From Trueperaceae bacterium (GTDB lineage Bacteria; Deinococcota; Deinococci; Deinococcales; Trueperaceae), in NCBI GenBank assembly GCA_965215565.1, contig CBDCDZ010000004.1:4256001-4320000 (forward strand): a DNA stretch of 64,000 bases. Reading direction: 5' to 3'. Position 1 is the first letter of the stretch. Each line of letters opens with the position of its first letter. The notes under the pieces are model-generated. The model had not been told where the DNA came from, did not search any database, and worked only from the letters and a program-made list of their open reading frames with translations. Below are positions 20,648 to 29,784 of the stretch, piece after piece. The position numbers and the translations under genes are program-made.

Positions 20648-21217
20648 ATGGACAGGCGCACTGAAATCCTCACCACGGCGGGCAACTTGTTCCGCGAGCG
20701 CGGCTACCACGCCACCTCGATGCGGGATATCGCGGGCGCGTTAGAGCTGCGCGGCAGCAGCCTGTACGCGCATATTGGCTCAAAAGAGGAGATGCTGCGC
20801 GAGATTGTAGATCATGCGGCGGATGCGTTTCTGACGCAGGCGAACCGCGTGGACGGTTCACTCACCCCTGACGAGAGGTTAAAGGCGCTCATTCGCGGAC
20901 ACCTAGAGGTTATCGCCCGAGAGTTGCCCCGCGCCACCGTCTTCTTTCACGAGTGGAAGTTTCTTTCGGACGAGTACAAGACGCAGATCACTGAGCGCCG
21001 CGACGCTTACGAGTGTCACTTCCGCAAGGCGGTGGAGGAGGGCGTGCGCGAGGGCGTATTCAGCGTCAAAGACCCCAAGCTCGCCACCTTATTCGTGCTC
21101 TCGTCTCTAAACTGGACCTACCAGTGGTTCCGCGAGGGCGGCACGCTTAGCTTAGACGAATTGACTGAGAAATATACGACGCTTATTTTCGACGCACTTA
21201 ACGCAGAAAAGTCCTGA
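20648..21217 (+). CDS. paaR: TetR family regulator (PaaR-like)
   Basis: TetR HTH (GYHATSMRDIA...SLYAHIGSKE); directly upstream of paaA. Confidence 0.8.
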   Translation: MDRRTEILTTAGNLFRERGYHATSMRDIAGALELRGSSLYAHIGSKEEMLREIVDHAADAFLTQANRVDGSLTPDERLKALIRGHLEVIARELPRATVFFHEWKFLSDEYKTQITERRDAYECHFRKAVEEGVREGVFSVKDPKLATLFVLSSLNWTYQWFREGGTLSLDELTEKYTTLIFDALNAEKS

Positions 21218-21232
21218 TAGAGGAGGACGTAT

Positions 21233-22216
21233 ATGGCACCCGTAGCCACCCAAGTTCCCGTACAAAGCCGAGTAGACCTCACGCCTGAGCAGACTGAAGA
21301 GGTCAAGCTCGAGGCGTTCGAAGCCCGCATTGCTAAGGGCGAAAAAATCGAACCGGGCGATTGGATGCCCGAGGGCTACCGCAAGCAGCTCATCCGTATG
21401 ATCAGCCAGCACGCGCACAGCGAAATCGTGGGGATGTTGCCCGAGGGCGAGTGGATTACTAAAGCGCCCTCCTTACAGCGTAAGATGATCCTTTTAGCCA
21501 AGGTGCAAGACGAAGCCGGGCACGGGCAGTACCTCTACCATGCGGCGGAGACTTTAGGCGCGACTCGAGAAGAAATGGTGGACGCGCTCCTCACAGGTAA
21601 AGCGAAATACTCCTCGATTTTCAACTATCCCTCGCTAACCTGGGCAGACGTCGGCATGATCGGCTGGCTCGTGGACGGCGCGGCGATCAAGAACCAAACC
21701 ATGTTGGCGCGGTGCTCATATGGTCCTTACTCCCGCGCGATGGTGCGCATCTGCACCGAGGAGACCTTTCACCACAAACAGGGCAAAGAGATGGTCATCA
21801 AGTACGCGCAAGGCACGCCCAAGCAGCGCGAGATGGCGCAAGACGCCCTCAACCGCTGGTGGTGGCCCTCCATGATGATGCTGGGTCCGCACGACTCGGA
21901 CTCACCGAACACACCGCAGCTTAAAAAGTGGGGCGTCAAAACGAAGACGAACGACGAGGTGCGCCAGGAGTTCTTGAACGAGCACGCGCCGGAACTGCTC
22001 GAGGCTGGCTTAGAGATTCCTGACCCTGACCTCCGTTTCGATGAGGAGACGGGCAACTGGCAGCACGGACCCATCGACTGGGACGAGTTCTGGCGCGTCG
22101 TCAAAGGTGGTGGCGCGTGCAACGAGCAGCGCTTAGGCGCACGCCAAAAGGCGCACGACGAGGGCGCGTGGGTGCGCGAGGCGATGGCGGCGTATGCGGA
22201 GAAGCAACTCAGCTAG
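21233..22216 (+). CDS. paaA: Phenylacetyl-CoA epoxidase catalytic subunit A
   Basis: [35 protein letters not shown]. Confidence 0.97.
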   Translation: MAPVATQVPVQSRVDLTPEQTEEVKLEAFEARIAKGEKIEPGDWMPEGYRKQLIRMISQHAHSEIVGMLPEGEWITKAPSLQRKMILLAKVQDEAGHGQYLYHAAETLGATREEMVDALLTGKAKYSSIFNYPSLTWADVGMIGWLVDGAAIKNQTMLARCSYGPYSRAMVRICTEETFHHKQGKEMVIKYAQGTPKQREMAQDALNRWWWPSMMMLGPHDSDSPNTPQLKKWGVKTKTNDEVRQEFLNEHAPELLEAGLEIPDPDLRFDEETGNWQHGPIDWDEFWRVVKGGGACNEQRLGARQKAHDEGAWVREAMAAYAEKQLS

Positions 22217-22363
22217 TCAGCGGGTCAGGGGAACCAAAGCCTAAAGCCCAGTCAAGCTGGTTGCGCAGTACAGTCGCATACACTTCCGCTAGCCAAAGGG
22301 AATAAACGATGCTGACTCGCTGAAACGCTTCCTTTAATTCCATCTCGGTTTGGACGAGTACAC

Positions 22364-22930
22364 ATGAGTTCTGAGCAACCCAAAACAAGCGATACTCAAT
22401 GTCCCCGCTGGGAGGTCTTTAAGCAAGACACGCCCAAAAAGCCGCATCAAGCGGTGGGCACAGTTCACGCTGCGGACCCCGAGCACGCCCTTTTAACAGC
22501 GAGAAACGTCTTTGCGAGGCGTCCAAAGGCGGTCAGTATGTGGGTGGTGCCCGCAAGGGACATCTTTTCGGTGACGGCGGAAGAGTTAGAGGAGAGACCC
22601 GCTATACTTTCGTCTGAGGAAAGCGGTGAGCCGCAAACCTATCTCATCTGCCGCAAGACGAGCCACCGTCCGTCGCTGACGTTCGTAGATTACGTGGGAG
22701 AACTCGAGGCTTCCACCCCGCAAGCCGCACTGAAAAAAGCGGTCGAGACCTTTACCGACGAAGACGCCCTAGTCTGGTGGGCCTTCCCCAAAGCGTCAGT
22801 TGCCAGAAGCCGCGACGAGGACGCCGAGAGCTGGTTTGAGCCTGCGAAGGACAAAACGTACAAACAGCAATCCGAGTACGGCATGACGAGCGCGAAGAAA
22901 CGTAAAAAGGAGCGAGAAAAAACATCGTGA
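22364..22930 (+). CDS. paaB: Phenylacetyl-CoA epoxidase subunit B (two-domain form)
   Basis: WEVF...[17 protein letters not shown]...WVVP, then a second similar repeat. Confidence 0.85.
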   Translation: MSSEQPKTSDTQCPRWEVFKQDTPKKPHQAVGTVHAADPEHALLTARNVFARRPKAVSMWVVPARDIFSVTAEELEERPAILSSEESGEPQTYLICRKTSHRPSLTFVDYVGELEASTPQAALKKAVETFTDEDALVWWAFPKASVARSRDEDAESWFEPAKDKTYKQQSEYGMTSAKKRKKEREKTS

Positions 22931-23676
22931 AACAAGAGGTCAAAACCGCGCTCATCCGCAAACTCACTGCCCTGGCCGACGATGAACTCATCCTCGCCCA
23001 CCGCAACAGCGAGTGGACGGGGCACGCGCCGATTTTAGAAGAGGACATCGCGCTAGCGAACATCGCGCAAGATGAGTTAGGACATGCGACGCTCTGGTAC
23101 GGGCTCTTGGAACCTCTTGATGGGAAGGGCGCGGACACGCTCGTCTACACAAGAGGTCTGGATGAATGGTGCAACGTCCAATTCGTCGAGCTTCCTAAGG
23201 GCGACTGGGCGTTTACGATGCTGCGGCAGTACCTCTTCGACGTATACGAACAGCTCTACTTGAAGAGGTTGACGGAAAGCTCGTACGAACCTCTCACCCA
23301 CGTCGTCCAAAAGATGCTCCGTGAGGAGCGCTTTCACGTGCAGCATACGCACGCTTGGGTGAAGCGGCTAGGGCTCGGCACGGAGGAGTCGAACACGCGG
23401 ATGCAGCGGGCGCTAGACGAGCTTTGGGGCTACGCGCAGGGGCTTTTTGTGCCGTTAGAAGATGAGCATGTTTTAGTTGAAGCGGATATTTTTCCGATTT
23501 TAGAAGAGGTCAAAGAGGCTTGGGTGGCGCACATGAAGCAACATTTAGAAGCCGCCGACCTCTCGATACCAGATGAGGGGACGCCGCCCCCGAGAGACAC
23601 CCACACCCAACACCTGGGGCCCCTTTTGAGTGAGTTGCAAGAGGTGGCGCGGCTCGAGCCGGAAGGGACGTGGTAG
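22927..23676 (+). CDS. paaC: Phenylacetyl-CoA epoxidase subunit C
   Basis: [26 protein letters not shown]. Confidence 0.95.
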   Translation: MKQEVKTALIRKLTALADDELILAHRNSEWTGHAPILEEDIALANIAQDELGHATLWYGLLEPLDGKGADTLVYTRGLDEWCNVQFVELPKGDWAFTMLRQYLFDVYEQLYLKRLTESSYEPLTHVVQKMLREERFHVQHTHAWVKRLGLGTEESNTRMQRALDELWGYAQGLFVPLEDEHVLVEADIFPILEEVKEAWVAHMKQHLEAADLSIPDEGTPPPRDTHTQHLGPLLSELQEVARLEPEGTW

Positions 23677-24173
23677 GTATGCTGACTCTACCGTCAGAGC
23701 GCGAGATTTGGAACGCCTTGGAAGAGGTCAAAGACCCGGAAATTCCCGTTGTGTCCGTTGTAGAAATGGGCATCGTTCGCAGTGTTGACTTAAAAGATGA
23801 GCGCGTCACGGTTGAAATGACCCCGACCTTTTCCGGCTGTCCCGCGTTGCGCGTGATGCAAGGCGACATCGAGGCGAAGTTGCGTGAAATCGGCTTTGAG
23901 AACGTGGAAGTAAGAACCGTCCTCTCACCGCCTTGGAGCACGGACTGGATTACGGAAGAGGCGAAGGCGAAGCTGCACGAATTTGGCATAGCGCCGCCCG
24001 CGCCCGTGGGGGAGGATGAGGGGTTGATTCAGTTGGAGACCTCGTCCGTCTCCTGCCCGCGCTGCGGCTCGTTCGACACGTCCACAAAGAATACTTTCGG
24101 TCCTACGCTCTGCAAGTCGATTCACGTGTGTAACACCTGCAAGGAACCCTTCGAGGCATTTAAGTCGCTGTAA
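23670..24173 (+). CDS. paaD: PaaD/PaaJ (DUF59) subunit; alternative ATG at 23679
   Basis: [27 protein letters not shown]...C..C..C.EPF. Confidence 0.93.
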   Translation: MVGMLTLPSEREIWNALEEVKDPEIPVVSVVEMGIVRSVDLKDERVTVEMTPTFSGCPALRVMQGDIEAKLREIGFENVEVRTVLSPPWSTDWITEEAKAKLHEFGIAPPAPVGEDEGLIQLETSSVSCPRCGSFDTSTKNTFGPTLCKSIHVCNTCKEPFEAFKSL

Positions 24174-24266
24174 ACTTTGACAAGAGGGAAATGACCCGGC
24201 AACGGCGTGACGCGGTAGGAATTCGCGCATCTTTATAGCAATTCCATGAGTCATTGCTACACAACT

Positions 24267-24338
24267 GATAGCGTTTATTTCTATTCGCATCCGCTCACAC
24301 TTGAAGCTGCTACAGCAGCTTCAAGTGGAAACGCTATT
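24267..24338. repeat. Hairpin repeat family C, copy 1
   Basis: Perfect 14-bp stem at 24298-24327 inside ATAGCGTTT...AAACGCTAT; its reverse complement matches 38167-38219. Confidence 0.7.
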
Positions 24339-24361
24339 AGAACCTGCTATCATGATGCGTT

Positions 24362-25546
24362 ATGAAACCTCTTGAAAACCTGCGTGTTTTAGACCTCTCG
24401 CGCGTCCTGAGCGGACCCTACTGCACAATGGTCTTGGCGGACTTAGGCGCGGACGTCATCAAAGTCGAGCGTCCTGGCACGGGCGACGACACGCGGGGCT
24501 GGGTGCCACCTTCTGTCGGCGGCGAGTCGGCGTACTTCTTGTCTATCAACCGCAACAAGCGCAGCATCACCTTGGACTTAGGGACCGACGAGGGCAAAGA
24601 GGTCGTGTACCGCCTCGCGAAATGGGCGGACGTCGTGGTGGAGAACTTTCGCCCCGGCACGGCGAATAAGCTGGGCGTCGGCTACGAAACGTTGAGCGAA
24701 CTGAATCCGCGCCTCATCTACTGCGCGATTTCCGGCTTTGGGCAAACCGGGCCCTACCGTGACAGACCGGGATACGACATCATCGCGCTGGCGATGGGCG
24801 GGCTCATGAGCGTGACGGGTTACCCCGAGTTGCCCCCGGTGCGCTTCGGCGTCGCAATCGCCGATCTCGGCGCGGCGATGTGGAGCGTCATCGGGGTTTT
24901 GGCGGCGCTTAGAGCGAGAGAGGAGACGGGCAGGGGGCAGTACATCGACACCTCTCTCTTTGAAGGACAGCTCTCGTGGCTGACCTACATGGCGAGCAAC
25001 TACTTCGCCACCGGGGAAAACCCCGAGCGCCGCGGCTCGGCCCACCCCTCTATCGTGCCTTATCAAGCTTTTGAAACCAGCGATAGCACCATCATTATCG
25101 CTGTAGGTAACGATAGCTTATGGCGGAAGTTTGTGGGCGCGCTCGGTTTGGAAGGGTGGGGCGACGCGCCCGCCTACCGCACGAATGAGGGGCGCGTGGC
25201 GCACCGTAAAGAAATTGTGGAAAAGCTGAGTGAGGTGTTCAAGGAAAAGACCACGGACGAGTGGTTGGCGCGTTTGGACGAAGCAGGTGTGCCCGCCTCG
25301 CCGGTTCAGAGTGTGGAAGAGGTCGTGAATGACCCTCACGCGGCGGCGCGGGATATGTTCGTGAAGGTGCAACACCCCACCGCTGGCGAGGTCACGGTGA
25401 CGGGCATCCCCGTCAAGTTCTCCGAGACGCCGGGCGCGGTCACCACGCCGCCACCGACGCTCGGACAGCACAGCGAAGAGGTGCTGCGTGAACTCGGTTT
25501 TGGGCAGGAGGACATCGCTGCGCTGAGGGCGAAAGGTGTGGTGTGA
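24362..25546 (+). CDS. Class III CoA-transferase (CaiB/BaiF)
   Basis: LRVLDLSRVLSGP, GADVIKVE, NRNKRS, ENFRPG, GYD. Confidence 0.95.
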   Translation: MKPLENLRVLDLSRVLSGPYCTMVLADLGADVIKVERPGTGDDTRGWVPPSVGGESAYFLSINRNKRSITLDLGTDEGKEVVYRLAKWADVVVENFRPGTANKLGVGYETLSELNPRLIYCAISGFGQTGPYRDRPGYDIIALAMGGLMSVTGYPELPPVRFGVAIADLGAAMWSVIGVLAALRAREETGRGQYIDTSLFEGQLSWLTYMASNYFATGENPERRGSAHPSIVPYQAFETSDSTIIIAVGNDSLWRKFVGALGLEGWGDAPAYRTNEGRVAHRKEIVEKLSEVFKEKTTDEWLARLDEAGVPASPVQSVEEVVNDPHAAARDMFVKVQHPTAGEVTVTGIPVKFSETPGAVTTPPPTLGQHSEEVLRELGFGQEDIAALRAKGVV

Positions 25547-25938
25547 GTTAGACTGTTACTGTAGAAATTACAAATTGTATCGAGGCTACACAAAGCTTGC
25601 TTTGTACTCTCTATCAACGCTCTGAATAGTTTACACCTGTCCTCTTGGCTGAATTTTTCGTCAGGCGCTGTCCACTTCGGCGGCGCGTGCAACGTTTCAG
25701 TGTGAACCAAGTTTGCAAAGAACAAAGGCGCGTCGTTCCCTTTAAGGCAAGTATGCGAAATCGAACGTACAGGTTGATTCGCTTTTCTCGCGTCTGGCGG
25801 CGCTGTGACACCGTGCCTGTGTTGAAGGGGTATAACGTGTACAGTTCCTTTCTTAACATGGACAAGCTCTAACGACGTACTAAGCGGTTGGCGCGAAACC
25901 ATGTTTACTCGCACATCCGCTGACAAGCTGTGAAATGC

Positions 25939-26283
25939 TCAAGGTATGTAGTAAACGAGCCCTCTAAAATCTTCCGCTTTGCCGCAGGTAATAACAAGCT
26001 CGAGTTCCTCCAGCACACTACCGATAGAGAGGTGCCGCGTTAGCATGATCACACCGGGAACCGGCAAACCTGCCCCTATACGCTCGTAGGTGAGGTCAGT
26101 GAGCGTAGCTTTGTCTCTCGAGAGGACAATGCGACCTTCTGAAGCGGCGAACGCTAACACCTCTTCGTCTGGTGCACCGGTTAGCCCTGCGTCTACAACG
26201 CGCAGAACATCTACCTCTGGGTATTTGCGCTGCAACTGCCGCACCACCGCGAGAGAAATGTGCTCATCAACTAAAAACCGCAA
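25939..26283 (-). CDS. DUF5615 PIN-like toxin
   Basis: MRFLVDEH...GAPDEEVL..A...RIVLSRD. Confidence 0.85.
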   Translation of the reverse strand: MRFLVDEHISLAVVRQLQRKYPEVDVLRVVDAGLTGAPDEEVLAFAASEGRIVLSRDKATLTDLTYERIGAGLPVPGVIMLTRHLSIGSVLEELELVITCGKAEDFRGLVYYIP

Positions 26284-26604
26284 TTAAGAGCGCCGCGCTA
26301 AAAGCTTAGCTCTGAGCGTTCGCGATGTTTCATCTACACCGTACCGTGCTCGCGCCGCTGCTGCGCGTTCATCTTGCTTTGCTACGTAAGCGTCTACGCT
26401 CTCCTGATCACGCAGATAGTACGCGATAACGGCGTAAACACTGGCTAGACTTAACGAAGGATAGGCGAGCGCAATCTCCTCGGGACTCGCACCTTGGTTG
26501 AAATCTCCAACGATGATCTCTAAGGGAACGCGCGTTCCTGTAACTAAGAATGAGCCGTGTCTGTCCGGCGTGAGAGGCGTCTGCTGCGGCGAAGGCGTAA
26601 TCAT
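26284..26604 (-). CDS. DUF433 antitoxin
   Basis: GTRVPL...GASPEEI...YPSL....VYAVIAYY. Confidence 0.9.
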   Translation of the reverse strand: MITPSPQQTPLTPDRHGSFLVTGTRVPLEIIVGDFNQGASPEEIALAYPSLSLASVYAVIAYYLRDQESVDAYVAKQDERAAAARARYGVDETSRTLRAKLLARRS

Positions 26605-26664
26605 AGTGCCTAGTATAGCGCATAGTGTCGTCTCATCCTTCGCTGATGCTAATGCTTATTTAGC

Positions 26665-26702
26665 AAAAGAGAACCGGAGTAGCTGCTTTGACTACTCCGG
26701 TT
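26665..26702 (-). terminator. Intrinsic terminator of the tRNA operon
   Basis: AACCGGAGTAG/CTACTCCGGTT stem followed by CTCTTTT on the minus strand. Confidence 0.7.
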
Positions 26703-26729
26703 ACTACGTCTCTAACGCTCTTTTTGAAG

Positions 26730-26802
26730 TGGGCGATGACGGGCTCGAACCGCCGACATCCTCCTTGTAAGGGAGGCGCTCTTCCAACTGAGCTAATCGC
26801 CC
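26730..26802 (-). tRNA. tRNA-Val(TAC), CCA not encoded
   Basis: GGGCGATTAGCTCAGTTGG...CTTACAA...GGTTCGAGCCC cloverleaf. Confidence 0.97.
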
Positions 26803-27022
26803 AAGAACCTTCAGTAGCAGGTATCATCTGGTTCAACCAGTGATACCTTTGCGAAGGAGAGAGGTATCATCTATCAATACCTAGGGGTTATCGTCTACTA
26901 AGAACCTTCAGTGGTTGGTATCATCAACTAATAGATGCTACCAGTCGTAACCTGCTCGGCTTGAAGTTGTTTCTGCTACCTCTCGAGAAAAAAGCTGGTA
27001 TCACCTTACAACAGTGATACCA
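26803..27022. repeat. Cluster of four GGTATCA...(TG)ATACC/GCTACC hairpin units in the tRNA spacer
   Basis: AAGAACCTTCAGT....GGTATCATC occurs twice, about 97 nt apart; four GGTATCA cores in total. Confidence 0.75.
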
Positions 27023-27038
27023 ATCCTTTTTCGACTGC

Positions 27039-27113
27039 TGGTGACCCCTACGGGGTTCGAACCCGTGCCGCAACCTTGAAAGGGTTGTGACCTAACCGCT
27101 AGTCGAAGGGGCC
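27039..27113 (-). tRNA. tRNA-Glu(TTC)
   Basis: GGCCCCTTCGACTAGCGG...CTTTCAA...GGTTCGAACCCC...CCA. Confidence 0.97.
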
Positions 27114-27117
27114 ATAT

Positions 27118-27193
<76 letters not shown>

Positions 27194-27205
27194 AACAGCT
27201 TTAGC

Positions 27206-27235
27206 AGTATATGGGGTGCGTCCACCTTGTGTCAA
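27206..27235 (-). promoter_or_regulatory. sigma70 promoter of the tRNA operon
   Basis: TTGACA-18 nt-TATACT, 12 nt upstream of tRNA-Lys. Confidence 0.85.
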
Positions 27236-27440
27236 GCTGTGACGCTGCAAAAAGGGCGTGCCACAGCAATACTCGGGGTTTTTGAGATATTACACAGACT
27301 TTGGCTTGAAGCGTTGCAGGCGTTCTATCTCCAAAAGCGTGTGTCCGTCAGCGTTTTCCCTCTATATGGCGTTTGTGATTAGATGTCCTCAGATGCTGAG
27401 GTTCTTAACCTGCTGTGCTCAAAGCTTACGAAAGAACCTG

Positions 27441-27977
27441 CTAACGCTTTTTGCGCCGCCGCTTCTTCCACATGTGGTCAGGCTGGATGCCGTCCGCTAA
27501 GAGGTGGAGCCACTGCGAGAGGTAGTAGCCTGCGAGCGCGCCAACCGTTAACTCTTGCCAATTCTCGCGCAGCGCAAGTCGGATGCGAAAGGTGTAGCCG
27601 AAGTAGGGTGAGAGCGCCGACACGCCCCACCCTAGTGCGAGCGCCACGAGCGCCATGTAGAGAAGGCGTGTCAATGGGCCGATGAGCCAAGAGTGCGAGA
27701 GCCCCCGGTGGCTGAAGAGCTTGCCGTAAGGAACCCAGAGGAGTCCTAAAAGACCCCAGTTGCTCTTCGCGCGTACGTGGTTCTCCGCTAAGTCTAGGTC
27801 AGGCGTGACGAGGTAGGTACCCGTAAAGTACGCCGCTGTAAAGACGCCGACGGTTTCAGGAGCTAGGAGCACGTCGTATTCGGCGGTGTAGCCTTGCGAC
27901 TGTGCAATAGCGTAGCCGCTCACGAGGAGACCGAAGGCGGTTAAGTTGATGGCTTCGTGCGTGCGTCCGCTGGGCAT
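27441..27977 (-). CDS. DUF2227 putative metal-binding membrane protein
   Basis: MPSGRTH, PDLD, HRGLSH, HLLAD. Confidence 0.9.
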   Translation of the reverse strand: MPSGRTHEAINLTAFGLLVSGYAIAQSQGYTAEYDVLLAPETVGVFTAAYFTGTYLVTPDLDLAENHVRAKSNWGLLGLLWVPYGKLFSHRGLSHSWLIGPLTRLLYMALVALALGWGVSALSPYFGYTFRIRLALRENWQELTVGALAGYYLSQWLHLLADGIQPDHMWKKRRRKKR

Positions 27978-28308
27978 CTATTTATCGTAACGGGCGAGGG
28001 GTGAGAAAGCCGTGAGGCAGTTCGCGCGGGAACATGAGGTGAGTTTTGAGTTCGGCGCTAAGGGATCGTAGGGTATATAAGTCCGATTTTCGAAACGTCG
28101 CCCGCTGCAATCATCCCAAAACTGAGCGTTCCTCTGACGTTGCAGATGCTCAGCTTTAAGCACGCTGAGTGTGCTTATCCATAATAGGACGTAAACTCGG
28201 GTTGACTCGCGAAGGTTTCCCCTATGTGTTTGCAGGAACCAAAGAATGAAGGTGCGCCTCACACCCAATCTGGTATAGTATCTCCAAACCACCTTGAAGG
28301 AGGAATAT

Positions 28309-29283
28309 ATGCGCTTGCGGTTCACTATGTTTTCTATTGCGCTTTCGCTTTTAGTCGCTATGAGCGGCGCGTTCGCCCAAGGAAGTCTGTCCATCGCGAC
28401 GGGCGGCACGGGCGGCGTCTACTACCCTTACGGCGGCGGCTTAGCCGAGTTGGTCAACAAGTATCTCGACGGTTACGACGCGGTGGCGGAGGTCACAGGG
28501 GCGTCCGTCGAGAACGTCGGGCTGGTCTTTCGGGGCGACTCGGACATGGCGTTAGCCCTCGCCGACACGGTGCTCGCGGCGTATGAGGGCACCGGCGACT
28601 TCGAAGGGCGACAGATTGAGAATTTGCGTGCCCTAAGCTCCATCTACCCGAACGCCGTGCAGATCGTGACGCTCGCGGACTCGGGCATCACCTCTTTAGC
28701 GGACCTAGAGGGTATGCGCGTCTCCGTCGGTGCACCGGGCAGTGGCACCGAACTCTCCGCTGAGACAATCCTAAACGCCAACGGCATCACCTATGACGAC
28801 ATCGACGAGCGCCGCTTAAACTTCAACGAGACCGCGAACGCGCTGCGCGACGGTCAGATTGACGCGGGCTTCTGGAGCGTCGGACCGCCCACGAGTTCGA
28901 TTCTCGACCTGGCGACAACCCGTGATGTCACAATTATCTCCCTCTCCGAAGAGGAGATTAGCGCTGCGCAAGAGGAAGAGCCCGTCTTTGCGTCCTACAC
29001 ACTGCCCGCTGGCACCTATCCGGGTCAAGACGAGGACGTGACGACGATCAGCACGCCGAACGTCTTGATCGTCAACGCGGACATGGACGAAGAGTTGGCC
29101 TACCAGATGACCCAAGCGATGTACGACCACGTGGACGAACTCATCGCGATTCACCCAGCGGCGAACAATACAACGGTGGAGTTTAGCTTGAACGCGACGC
29201 CGATTCCCTTTCACCCCGGCGCGGCGCGCTACTACCAGGAGACAGGGCAAGAGGTGCCGCAAGAGTTGATGCCGCCAGGCTAG
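28309..29283 (+). CDS. TAXI-TRAP transporter solute-binding protein
   Basis: IATGGTGGVYY, TGASVEN, GAPGSGTE, PFHPGA; AGGAGG RBS. Confidence 0.95.
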   Translation: MRLRFTMFSIALSLLVAMSGAFAQGSLSIATGGTGGVYYPYGGGLAELVNKYLDGYDAVAEVTGASVENVGLVFRGDSDMALALADTVLAAYEGTGDFEGRQIENLRALSSIYPNAVQIVTLADSGITSLADLEGMRVSVGAPGSGTELSAETILNANGITYDDIDERRLNFNETANALRDGQIDAGFWSVGPPTSSILDLATTRDVTIISLSEEEISAAQEEEPVFASYTLPAGTYPGQDEDVTTISTPNVLIVNADMDEELAYQMTQAMYDHVDELIAIHPAANNTTVEFSLNATPIPFHPGAARYYQETGQEVPQELMPPG

Positions 29284-29784
29284 ATGAAGCGTGATAGATT
29301 AGGGATGATATCGAGGAAGAGTGTTCTGCTCTTCCTCTTTGCGGTTTTCAGTTTAACGCTGGCTGCGCCCTATCTCGAGGTCATTCAACAAGAGGTCACG
29401 CCGCAAGGGACAACTCAAGGAACTACCCTCTTACAACTCGACCTAGCAGAAGACGCCACTTGGCACCTTGTATGGAACCACTCCGTCACTGGTATTACAG
29501 TCAGCGATTACTACGCTTACGAGGAGGGACAGATGATGCTGACCGATTCTCATACGCCTTCTTTCGACGCGGGGCTAGGGCATATTCCGGGGCGGGGACG
29601 TTTAGAGTCCGACGACGCGCACGGCTACTGGATAAGAGATATCGACGAACCTGTGATCGGTAACGCTTATGCGCTTAGAGTCGGCTCCGAAGAGGTGGAC
29701 CACCGCATCGTTCACGCCGGGCAAACCTATTCACTGAGTGACCTAGCGGCAGGCGAGCGCGTGACGATAAGGATCAAGCCGTGA
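29284..29784 (+). CDS. DUF1850 protein
   Basis: WNHSV...SFDAGL; typical position between TAXI SBP and permease. Confidence 0.85.
   Translation: MKRDRLGMISRKSVLLFLFAVFSLTLAAPYLEVIQQEVTPQGTTQGTTLLQLDLAEDATWHLVWNHSVTGITVSDYYAYEEGQMMLTDSHTPSFDAGLGHIPGRGRLESDDAHGYWIRDIDEPVIGNAYALRVGSEEVDHRIVHAGQTYSLSDLAAGERVTIRIKP

Noticed and set aside
25547..25938. ORFs of 75-196 aa between the CoA-transferase and the DUF5615 gene
   Set aside because: No motifs, no convincing RBS, mutually overlapping on both strands; left unannotated
25939..26802. Integrative element at tRNA-Val
   Set aside because: No integrase and no duplicated tRNA 3' end found
26803..27022. CRISPR array in the tRNA spacer
   Set aside because: The units are degenerate, unevenly spaced hairpins rather than identical 23-47-nt repeats with unique spacers, and there are no cas genes
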